From a virus (lineage: Duplodnaviria > Caudoviricetes): DNA of 64,000 bases. Positions 36,426 to 44,818 of this stretch are shown one piece after another. Position 1 is the stretch's first letter. Each line of letters begins with the position of its first letter. The position numbers and the translations under genes are program-made. The stretch is taken from positions 1 through 64,000 of the IMG/VR virus record IMGVR_UViG_3300049381_000011. The stretch is one strand, 5' to 3'. The notes beneath the pieces were generated by a model. It did not search any database and was not told the origin of the DNA. It saw only the letters and a program-made list of their open reading frames with translations.

Positions 36426-36522
36426 GTCATGACCTCACAGAGGGTCGCGTGATGGGTGGCGTCGACCGTCTCCCCGCCGAGAGCGGTCGACGCCACGAAA
36501 ATGGCGGACGGCGCCCCCGCGT

Positions 36523-36906
36523 TTAGGCGGGGACGTCGACCGTGTAGTCGACCTCGATCGTGATCGCGGTCGGGGAACCGGCCGGTGCTGCGATGCTGAC
36601 CGTGATGGCGTCACCGGCGTCAACGGACGCGTTCTGGATCGTCGTCGACGACGCCCAGGAGTCGGTCGTCGAGACCAGAGCGACGGCGAGGAAGTTCCCG
36701 TCGGCGCCGGCCGCGTTGATCGCGGCCGCTGAGCCGCCCGCCCGGTACGCGCGTACCGCGGTGACGGTCGCGGCGACCGGCATTTTGAAGATCGCATAGG
36801 TTGCCGCACTGGTGGTCAGGAACACCTGGCTGACCGTGCGCTTACGCGCGTGGAGCAGGCTGACCTCGCCGGCGACACCATCAACGCTGTGGACTTTGTA
36901 GCCCAT
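36523..36906 (-). CDS. Beta-rich putative decoration protein
   Basis: AAGGAG SD; resembles the C-terminal domain of 19747-20952. Confidence 0.55.
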   Translation of the reverse strand: MGYKVHSVDGVAGEVSLLHARKRTVSQVFLTTSAATYAIFKMPVAATVTAVRAYRAGGSAAAINAAGADGNFLAVALVSTTDSWASSTTIQNASVDAGDAITVSIAAPAGSPTAITIEVDYTVDVPA

Positions 36907-36950
36907 GTGCTGTTCTCCTTCGTGACGATTCGGTTAGGACCGTGCCGGCG

Positions 36951-37682
36951 TCAGCTGGCCTTGCCGCCCTTGGGGGTCTTCTTCGCCGGCGGTACCGGCT
37001 CGTCGGTGCCGGCGTCGCCGGCGTCCGCGGTGACGTCGCCGGTAGGCAGCTCGACGTCAACGACCGGCTGCTCCGCCTCGCCGTCGACGTCCGGGCCAGC
37101 GCCGGCGTCCGGGTCGACGTCCGGGTCGACGTCGACGTCGCCGGTGCTCTCCTCACCAGTGTCCGACGTGGCCGAGGCCTGCGCCTGCAGCGCCTCCTGC
37201 GCCTGCAGGGCCTCCCACTGCTCCCGGGTGAAGACCGGCTCCGCCTGGTCGGACGTGTTGACGACGAGCGCCGACGTCCGGCCGAGGATGCCCGCCGAGC
37301 TGTGCGCGGCCCGCTCCTGCTCGGCACGGGCCAGGAGCGACTCCCGGTCGCCGCCGGGCGACGTCGCGGCCCGCATGCCCGGACGGGACAGGATGCCACC
37401 GCCGTCGTTGGTGCCCTCCGCCGTGGCGTGAGCGATCGTGATGGCGTCCGGCTCCGGAGGAACATCGGTCAGGCCGTTGTTCGCCCGGTGCAGGGCCGCG
37501 TCGATCCGCGACTGCTGCTCGGTACGAGCCGCAAGAACAGCGTTGATCTGGGACTGCGGCGCCTCGGACACCGGCACCTGGGTGAAGTTCTGGCGAGCCT
37601 CCAGGTCGGCGGACACGCCGTCGGTGAGGTGGAGCTCGCCGGTGTTGGTGTTGCGGTATGCGATCAGGTTGACTTCGGACAC
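36951..37682 (-). CDS. Hypothetical protein with acidic tail, downstream of capsid
   Basis: Small N-terminal domain plus D/E/P-rich tail. Confidence 0.6.
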   Translation of the reverse strand: MSEVNLIAYRNTNTGELHLTDGVSADLEARQNFTQVPVSEAPQSQINAVLAARTEQQSRIDAALHRANNGLTDVPPEPDAITIAHATAEGTNDGGGILSRPGMRAATSPGGDRESLLARAEQERAAHSSAGILGRTSALVVNTSDQAEPVFTREQWEALQAQEALQAQASATSDTGEESTGDVDVDPDVDPDAGAGPDVDGEAEQPVVDVELPTGDVTADAGDAGTDEPVPPAKKTPKGGKAS

Positions 37683-37776
37683 GGACGTCCGCCCCTCAGC
37701 TAGTAAAGATCTTCAATGTTCGGGAAGGGTGCGTGGGGGCCAAGCCCCCGCGGCCACACGGCCCCCACGCAGCTCG

Positions 37777-38682
37777 TTAGACGCCGAGCGCGCCGCGGAT
37801 GAGTACCGCGCGGTTCGCGTCGAGGGTCTTCGTGCCGTACAGGCAGTCGATAGAAATGACGTCCTGCTTCTTGTCCATGTCGTAGCCGTAGATCACGCGC
37901 AGGCCGAAGCCCTTGTAGTTCGCGATCGCGGCGTTCGTCGCGCCGCGGGGCAGGGCCAGCGGACGGATCGCGAGCGCGAACGCGGTCCGGTGGAATGCGA
38001 CGCCGACCTCGGTGGTCGAGACACCAGCACCAGGCGTGGGAACGCTGATGTTGTTGGACATGTACGGGTCGAAGCCGTGGAGCCGGTTGCCCAGCGACGC
38101 CTCCGTGAGACCCGCGGTGTCGCCGCGAGCGTCGGCGCGCTGCAGGATGTCCTGCTTCGACCACTCAGCCGAGGTGACCGGGCCGACGACCGCGCGCCGC
38201 TCACTGAACGGCACATTGTTCTGGGTCAGGACCCGGCCGGCTGCGATGAGCGCGTTCGGGTGTGACCACAGCTCGCCGGAGGTGGTGCCGACCGTGGAGA
38301 CGATGTCGGAGCGCAGCGCGAGGATGTCGCGGTCGATCTTCTGCGAGATCGCCTCCATCGCCGGGGCGAGGAGCCGCTCCGAGAAGTCGGTGATCTTCAG
38401 GGTCAGATCTTCGCTGGTCACCGCGAAGGAGACGTCGGCGAAGTGGTTGAGGGTCATCGGGATACCGGACTCGGTCGCGTCCTGGACCGTGATACCCGAA
38501 GCGCGAACGTACTCGTTCGCGACGAACACGGCCGGCTTACGGATCGTGATCGTGTCGCCCTGCCGACCCGCGAAGGTGTCCTCGTAGTCGCGGTGGACAA
38601 GCGCGGCCATGATCGTGGTCTCGTACAGGTTCGCGAGCGCCGCGTTAGCGATCACGTCCGGCGTGAGAAGAGTGTTTGCCAT
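37777..38682 (-). CDS. Major capsid protein (P22 coat-like family)
   Basis: MANTLLTPDVIA...GDTITIRKP...AFHRTAFALAIRPL...SIDCLYGTKTLD. Confidence 0.9.
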   Translation of the reverse strand: MANTLLTPDVIANAALANLYETTIMAALVHRDYEDTFAGRQGDTITIRKPAVFVANEYVRASGITVQDATESGIPMTLNHFADVSFAVTSEDLTLKITDFSERLLAPAMEAISQKIDRDILALRSDIVSTVGTTSGELWSHPNALIAAGRVLTQNNVPFSERRAVVGPVTSAEWSKQDILQRADARGDTAGLTEASLGNRLHGFDPYMSNNISVPTPGAGVSTTEVGVAFHRTAFALAIRPLALPRGATNAAIANYKGFGLRVIYGYDMDKKQDVISIDCLYGTKTLDANRAVLIRGALGV

Positions 38683-38695
38683 AACAGGTCAGCTC

Positions 38696-39736
38696 CTAGC
38701 TGCCCGCGCCCCTACTGCTCTTGATCTGGGCGCGGAAATCGTCAACGGACTGGGGATCCGCGGTTCCTCCTCCGGCGGGCCCGCCGCCGAATTCGCCGCC
38801 GCTGGAGACGGGTGGCACCTGCGGCGCCGGAATCAGTCCGGTGACCTTGAGCGCTGGATCTGCCTTCACGGCTGTCTCAATTGCCGTGGAGAGCTGGGTT
38901 GCGAAGTCGGCGCCAGCCGGGTCCAGCCCGGTGACGGTGTCCATGAACCGGCGTGAGTCCGTCAGCCGGTGCGGGTCCGCTTCGTGTGTTTGCGCGGCCT
39001 GCCAGATCGCCAGCTCGACCGACTTCGTCTTGAGCGTGTCGGCGGTCTGCTTCTGCTCTTTCTGGGCCTGCTTGTGCTGCTGCTGCGACTCGGTCAGCTG
39101 CCCGGCGAGCTGCTCGACACGCTGCTCCGGAGTGAGCTCCTTGTCGGCCGGCGTCGGCTTCAAGCCGAGCGACTGCGACATCGTGTCGATCAGCTGCTGC
39201 AGCTTCGTTGAGGCTTCCGCCTGCGCCGTTTCAGCGGCCGTCTTCGCCGCATGCCGGTTGTCGCCGGACTCGCGGCGCAGCTCGCCGATGTACTGCTGCA
39301 CATCGGGCGGGAAATCGGTGATCGGCCGTTTCGACATCGGCACCGTTGCTGTCGCCGGCGGGGGTTGTGGTGCCCCGGACCCGGGCTGCCCGGGCGACTG
39401 CCCGGACGCCGGGACGACCGGTGGTGCCGTTGGCGTTGGTGCCGGCGGCGGGGTGAACTGGACCCCGGGCACTCCGGCCGGTGGGGTCGGGACTGCGGCG
39501 GGAGGCGCCGACGGGGCGACGGCACCTCCCACACCCAGACCGAGCGGATCGCCTCCCGGGTCGGCTGGTGCTGCAGGCGCCGTGGGGGCCGCGGGGGCGG
39601 CTGGCGTTGCAGCGGTGCCGTCCATGGGCACCCCGTACCGTGGCCGGCGCGCTGCGGCCGCGACCGCTGTCAACGCTGTGGCTGTGGTGCGGGGGTCAGC
39701 GAGCGCGTCAGGCGCATCCGCTCGGAGCTTCAACAT
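38696..39736 (-). CDS. Capsid scaffolding protein
   Basis: Pro/Ala-rich N-terminus, coiled coil, ADPHRLTDSRRFM, SSGGEFGG; just upstream of capsid. Confidence 0.8.
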   Translation of the reverse strand: MLKLRADAPDALADPRTTATALTAVAAAARRPRYGVPMDGTAATPAAPAAPTAPAAPADPGGDPLGLGVGGAVAPSAPPAAVPTPPAGVPGVQFTPPPAPTPTAPPVVPASGQSPGQPGSGAPQPPPATATVPMSKRPITDFPPDVQQYIGELRRESGDNRHAAKTAAETAQAEASTKLQQLIDTMSQSLGLKPTPADKELTPEQRVEQLAGQLTESQQQHKQAQKEQKQTADTLKTKSVELAIWQAAQTHEADPHRLTDSRRFMDTVTGLDPAGADFATQLSTAIETAVKADPALKVTGLIPAPQVPPVSSGGEFGGGPAGGGTADPQSVDDFRAQIKSSRGAGS

Positions 39737-39986
39737 GGGTGCCCTCCCGGGGCGTTCGGCGCCCGTCAAGGGCCCGTGGCGGGTATGAGTGAGCCCCGCC
39801 TGCCGGTGCGGCAGGCGGGGCTGAAAAGCCGAGCAGCCGCAGCCCAGAAGGGCTACGGCTGCAGGGAAGATGATCAGGCTGGGACGGTGACGGCCGTGTT
39901 AGGCTCTGATCCGCGGACTCGACATTCGCATCAGAGGCCCTGGTCTGGTGATTCACCAGCAACCGGGGCTTTCTTCATACCCCCGG

Positions 39987-40184
39987 TCATGACTCGTGAT
40001 CGATGAGCCCGGGCGCTGGCGGCCGCCAGTGCAGATAGGACCGCATCCACGCGGACGCGAGCGGCTGCTGGCTGGCGACGTCGTACGGGCAGGCAGCGAC
40101 ACCGACGTTCTGCCGGCCGGCGTGCATGCCCAGGTCCCGGGCCTGTTCGAGCGCGACAGCGGCATCATCGGCAGGGGTGCTCAT
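39987..40184 (-). CDS. Rmf/CrpP-fold-like small protein
   Basis: ARDLGMHAGRQNVGVAACPY...LASAWMRSY matches the G..AG.......CPY......W..G[WY] pattern; ATGA-coupled to 40181 gene. Confidence 0.6.
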   Translation of the reverse strand: MSTPADDAAVALEQARDLGMHAGRQNVGVAACPYDVASQQPLASAWMRSYLHWRPPAPGLIDHES

Positions 40185-41854
40185 ACGAAGTCCCTTCCGT
40201 TCGACTGCCCGGCGGTGACCTTCGCCGCCGCCGTGTCAGCGCGCCGGCCCAACACCTGCGCTTTGAACTGGGTGTAGGTCATGCGCCCATTGTCAGACCA
40301 CCAGCGCAGCAGATCCTCCGACGCGTACTTGCGTGCGGTGGCCAGCGGACCGGAGAACAGCATCACCGGGTCCATCCGGATGGACTTCCCTGCCGAGTTG
40401 AGCAGATGCCCACGCGTGTCGGCTTCGGCCTGGGCGTAGCGCAGGCTCACCCACTCGTCGTACTGGCGGCGGACCGCCCGGTCGGTCGTCTCCGCGCCGC
40501 TGCGGTCGACCGCCGAGGTGGCCTGCTCGGCGCGCATCGACGTCGGATCGATGTCGTGCACTGCGGCGTACGCCTCCACGTAGTCCATACCCCGGCCGAG
40601 GAGCTCGTCCAGGCGCCGGTCCTGTTCCGGTGTCGGCTCCCGCCACTGCGTCGGTCGGGATCTCGCTGTCTGGCTGGTGCCGCGGTCGGGTGGCCCGTAC
40701 CTCAGCCGGTCATTGCGGTCGACGCCGGCGAACTCGGCCAGGTCCCGGAACGCGGTGATGAACAGTGCGGCCTGCTGGTTCTCGGTGCGGGTGTCCCACC
40801 GGTGCGCCACCTGAATGTCGGCGAGCGGTGCGGTGTCGGCGAGCCCGTACGCGTGACGCATCGCCATCGCGTACCGGTCGTGGGTGGATGGGTCACCGGC
40901 AGCGCGGTCCTTCTGCGCCTGCTCGCTGATCTCTTTCCACGTGTCCCACGGCTTCGCGACGTTCGCCGCCCGGACCGCTTTCCGCGGTACGGTCAGCCCG
41001 CCCTCATCAGCGGGTCCGCGCTGCCATTCCCGCGCGTCGACGGGCAGGTTCCCGAACTCGGCTTCGTGCCGGTACCAGGCCAAATACCACGATGTTCGTT
41101 CCTCCACCGACATGGAGTCGGCTGCTTCGGCGGCCCGAATGTCCTTCTCGCCGGCGTCGTCGGGCAGCCCGAGCGTCCGCTGCTGCGCGGTAGTCATCCG
41201 ACGTCGGTCGGGGGACGACGAGTCGGTCGTGGCGTAGCTCTGGATCAGTCCCCACTGGCCGACGGGGTTACTGACCAGTGCCGGACCCTGCGGCCCGGCG
41301 GCTTTACGCCGGTCGTGGTCCTCACGCCGGTCCATCTCGTCGACGAGGCGCTGCATCAGCGACTCATCACCAAGCTCGGTAGCGAACGAGAACACCTCGT
41401 ACAGCTCGTCTTCGCCGAGGTCTTCCGGCCGTTTGTTGAACGCGGCTGATTCGAGCGCGGCCCGCGCTGCGAGCTCCTTTTTCAGCTCGCTGCGCCGGTG
41501 GATCTCCGTCCCGTACTGCGTTCCCAGGTCGCTGCCCATGTTGGCGATGACACCGGCGAACAGTTCACTGTCGGGGACCTGTGACAGGTCCGGGCGCATC
41601 GGCGACACCACCCGGACCGGCGCCGGGTCGACGTCGGCGGCCGCCGTGCCCGACTCGACGGTCACCGGATGGTTGCGCCGCTCGGCGGGGGTGTCGGCGT
41701 TCGCCGCGGCGACCTGCGCCATGCGGCGTACCACCACGGCGGTCCGTCCGGCGAGGCCACGACCGTGGAGGGTGCCACGGCACGCGCAGACGCACGTCGT
41801 CCCGTCGGCGTTCGAGCACTCGTCGCTGTGCGGCGCCCCGGGAATCTCCGCCAT
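40181..41854 (-). CDS. Head-module accessory protein with Cys/His N-terminal module
   Basis: AGGAGG SD, ATG 41854; CVCACRGTLHG; C-terminal AEADTRGHLLN...LFSGP...YASEDLLRWW domain recalled from actinophage minor-capsid extensions. Confidence 0.7.
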   Translation of the reverse strand: MAEIPGAPHSDECSNADGTTCVCACRGTLHGRGLAGRTAVVVRRMAQVAAANADTPAERRNHPVTVESGTAAADVDPAPVRVVSPMRPDLSQVPDSELFAGVIANMGSDLGTQYGTEIHRRSELKKELAARAALESAAFNKRPEDLGEDELYEVFSFATELGDESLMQRLVDEMDRREDHDRRKAAGPQGPALVSNPVGQWGLIQSYATTDSSSPDRRRMTTAQQRTLGLPDDAGEKDIRAAEAADSMSVEERTSWYLAWYRHEAEFGNLPVDAREWQRGPADEGGLTVPRKAVRAANVAKPWDTWKEISEQAQKDRAAGDPSTHDRYAMAMRHAYGLADTAPLADIQVAHRWDTRTENQQAALFITAFRDLAEFAGVDRNDRLRYGPPDRGTSQTARSRPTQWREPTPEQDRRLDELLGRGMDYVEAYAAVHDIDPTSMRAEQATSAVDRSGAETTDRAVRRQYDEWVSLRYAQAEADTRGHLLNSAGKSIRMDPVMLFSGPLATARKYASEDLLRWWSDNGRMTYTQFKAQVLGRRADTAAAKVTAGQSNGRDFV

Positions 41855-41867
41855 GCTGGCCTGCCTC

Positions 41868-43067
41868 CTACGTGCTGGTCGGAAGATGCTCGGGGATGCC
41901 CAGGAGCGCGGCACGGTCGTTGACCCGGCCAGCCGGGGGGATGATCCCGGCGCCGATCTGCTCCCGGTAGTGGACCCGGGTGAGTTTGTGGCGACGGATG
42001 TGAGCGGCCATCTCGGCGTCCCATACGGCGATCCGGTTGAGGGCCTGGCGGTGCGCCTGGTCGGTCAGCGACGTGAGCGCCATCTCGCGCCAGTGACGCA
42101 GCGTCCGTTCGATCTCACGCTGCCGGGCCCGGGCGGTGTTCCCGTCGGGGTCGGCGGTCCGGCCGGCTTTGATGAGCAGCGACACCCCCGGCCGGTACGA
42201 CCGGATGGTGTGCAAACAGTTGGGGTGCATGAGCCCGGCGGCCATCGCCTGGTCGAGCGTCGCGACGACGTTGACGGTGACGGCGACACCGGTCCGGGCG
42301 TGCGGGACCTGCTGCCAGCCTGTCGGCCCCCACAAGGCGAGCACCTGCTGTTCCCACGGCCTGCAGCGCGGGCATTCGCCCGGACGATCGTCGACGGACA
42401 CCAGCCGGACGCCGGCGGCAGTGAACTCGTCGACGAGGCCAACGATCGCGGCGCGGTGAACAGCGGTCCGGACCGACATGTCCACGTAGGTGTGCAGGCG
42501 CAGCTGCCGGCCGTCGCTGGTCGTGAACGTCGTGATGCCGCGGGCGGCGAGCGCCGACCAGGCGGCCTGCGCGGCTTGCCTAGTTGTGACGGCGCCGGAC
42601 AGGCGGCGCGCTGCAGCGCCGGCGACAGCACGCCGGTACACGTCGATGGTGCGGGGCAGGATCGCCGCGTGAAGCGGCCGGAGCTCCTGGACGGTTGCGT
42701 CGGCGAGCGCCTGGATTGCTGCGGAGCCGCGGCGCGCTGCAGCACCGGCTGGTAGGCCTGCGGGGCGGATGGTGGGGGAGCCGTACGCCGCGAGCTCCGC
42801 GACGGCGTCGTGCGCTCCGGAGCGCCAGCCGGCGGCGATCGCGGCCCGGACCTCGCGGCCGCTGGCGAGGGTCAGCGAGACGGCGATTTTCTGCGCGTCT
42901 CGGCGTAGGGCGTGGATTTGATCGAGGCGGGTTTTCTGCCAGTCGGTGGCGTCGAGTCCCAGCGCGAGCCGGTCGGTGATCGCGCGGAGGAGCGCTGTTT
43001 CGCCTTCGCGGTAGATCGACGCTGTCGTGGCGGCGATCGCGGCCACATTGTGCATGTCAACCGGCAT
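41868..43067 (-). CDS. Minor capsid protein (MuF / Phage_min_cap2-like)
   Basis: YVDMSVRTA...GECPRCRPWEQQV...GLMHPNCLH...QREIERTLRHWR. Confidence 0.85.
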   Translation of the reverse strand: MPVDMHNVAAIAATTASIYREGETALLRAITDRLALGLDATDWQKTRLDQIHALRRDAQKIAVSLTLASGREVRAAIAAGWRSGAHDAVAELAAYGSPTIRPAGLPAGAAARRGSAAIQALADATVQELRPLHAAILPRTIDVYRRAVAGAAARRLSGAVTTRQAAQAAWSALAARGITTFTTSDGRQLRLHTYVDMSVRTAVHRAAIVGLVDEFTAAGVRLVSVDDRPGECPRCRPWEQQVLALWGPTGWQQVPHARTGVAVTVNVVATLDQAMAAGLMHPNCLHTIRSYRPGVSLLIKAGRTADPDGNTARARQREIERTLRHWREMALTSLTDQAHRQALNRIAVWDAEMAAHIRRHKLTRVHYREQIGAGIIPPAGRVNDRAALLGIPEHLPTST

Positions 43068-43097
43068 CCAACACCCCGTTAAAGCGGATATGACATG

Positions 43098-43167
43098 TTG
43101 ACGATTTACCGCTTTCCGGTTAATGTAAAGACACCCGGGCGCTGGAACGCCCACCACGACCAGGAGG
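43098..43167 (+). promoter_or_regulatory. Phage-motif promoter (TTGACG-17-TAATGT) plus CUGGAA hairpin (43137-43152) and CCAGGAGG
   Basis: Direct inspection. Confidence 0.75.
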
Positions 43168-43173
43168 AACCCC

Positions 43174-43527
43174 ATGGCACGTGAACTCAGCCCCCTCGCC
43201 CAGGCCGCGAAGACCGTCCGGGCGCAGATCAAGGTCGACCGGGCCGCAGGCAAGTACGAAGGCCTGCCCGCCGAGGTGAAGATCTCCGTACGGTCCGAGA
43301 CCGCGAGCATGTACTCCAACCTGGCCATCGACCTGAGCGGCGTCCCCATCCAGTGGGGATGGGAGCACGGCGGCAAACCCGCGCCGGCGCTGAAGAAGAT
43401 CGCTGAGGCGCTCGCCGACCTGGGTCGCGAGCACGCACCCTCGCACTCCTGGGTGAGCGTCACCGAAGACGACGCGCTGAGCCTCGCCAGCCGCTACATG
43501 GAGGGATGGCAGCCCGGTCGGGACTGA
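43174..43527 (+). CDS. Hypothetical protein (moron)
   Basis: Own promoter, SD and downstream hairpin at 43532-43579. Confidence 0.7.
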   Translation: MARELSPLAQAAKTVRAQIKVDRAAGKYEGLPAEVKISVRSETASMYSNLAIDLSGVPIQWGWEHGGKPAPALKKIAEALADLGREHAPSHSWVSVTEDDALSLASRYMEGWQPGRD

Positions 43528-43662
43528 CCGTCACGTCAGGCGCCCTGGGCTGAACGTCTGGCCTGGGGCGCCTGACGTGTCAGCACTGGCCACGTTATTC
43601 CGATTTATCGCCAGACGGAAAGTGTGAGACTACATACAGCGTCCCACGTAAGGAGCAAAGCA

Positions 43663-44784
43663 ATGCCCGATCCATACATGCGAATTGATGACCTGTTCAG
43701 TCCGGCGCTGCTCGCCGCGTCACTCGCGACTGGTCACGTCCGTCAACAGCTCCACCCGACCGAACCCCTGGCGATCCTCAACTACACCGAGATCTGCCAG
43801 TACACGAACGTGTGGGACGAGGTGACCTTCGCCTGCCGTGGCCTGATCTTCAACACCCAGACCCGCCAGATCGTCGCCCGCCCGTTCCCGAAGTTCTTCA
43901 ACCACGGCCAGACCGGCGCCCCCGACATTCCGCTGAACGCTGCCGTCGAGGTGACCGACAAGGCCGACGGCAGCATGGGCATCCTGTACGAGCTGCCCTC
44001 CGGCGGCCACGCGATCGCGACCCGGGGCTCGTTCACCTCCGACCAGGCGCTACACGCGACCGAGGTGTGGGACACCCGCTACATCGACCAAGTCACGCCG
44101 CTGCCCGGCACCACCGCACTATTCGAGATCATCTACCCGGCGAACCGGATCGTTGTCGACTACCGCGACGTCGACGACCTGGTCCTGCTCGGCGGAGTAC
44201 AGATCGCCGACGGCATCAACCTGTCACCACAGATCATGCGAGCGGCGATCGGCTGGACCGGCCCGCTGATCGCCGTCATGCCCTACGCGACCCTCGCCGA
44301 GGCGCTCGCCGCCGAACCCCGCCCGAACAGCGAGGGCCTCGTCGTCACCTGGCCCGGCGGCGGCTGGTCACGGGTGAAGGTCAAGCAGGAGGACTACGTC
44401 CGGCTGCACCGCATCGTCACCGGCCTGACAGCCCGGGTCATCTGGGAGCACCTGGCCCAGGGCCTGCACCTGCTGGAGCTGATCGCCGGCCTGCCCGACG
44501 AGTTTCACGCCTGGGCCCGCGCCGTCGCCGACTCGCTGGAGTCCGAGGTCCAGGACCACCACGAACGGATCACGAAGGAATACGCGGGGATCATCGACGA
44601 GATGCGGTACGCCGAAACGCTCGAGCGCCGTGACTTCGCCGACCGGGTCGCTGACCACCCCGACAAGTGGGCGTTGTTCTTCCTCCTGGACCAGCGTGAC
44701 ATCCGCCCTGGTCTGTGGCAGATGGTCCGTCCGGCGGCGGGGTGGACACCGTCAGGGCGCACGTACAGCGACGCCGTAGCCTGA
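43663..44784 (+). CDS. T4 Rnl1-like RNA ligase
   Basis: ARPFPKFFN, motif I DKADGS, ATRGSFTSDQA, FEII, SEGLVV, RVKVKQEDY. Confidence 0.92.
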   Translation: MPDPYMRIDDLFSPALLAASLATGHVRQQLHPTEPLAILNYTEICQYTNVWDEVTFACRGLIFNTQTRQIVARPFPKFFNHGQTGAPDIPLNAAVEVTDKADGSMGILYELPSGGHAIATRGSFTSDQALHATEVWDTRYIDQVTPLPGTTALFEIIYPANRIVVDYRDVDDLVLLGGVQIADGINLSPQIMRAAIGWTGPLIAVMPYATLAEALAAEPRPNSEGLVVTWPGGGWSRVKVKQEDYVRLHRIVTGLTARVIWEHLAQGLHLLELIAGLPDEFHAWARAVADSLESEVQDHHERITKEYAGIIDEMRYAETLERRDFADRVADHPDKWALFFLLDQRDIRPGLWQMVRPAAGWTPSGRTYSDAVA

Positions 44785-44818
44785 CCCACCTGGCAGCCCG
44801 ACCGCCACCCCCACGGGG

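Noticed and set aside
43068-43463. N-terminal extension of the minor capsid ORF in the ORF track
   Set aside because: Overlaps a well-supported + strand gene with its own promoter; the plausible start is ATG 43067.
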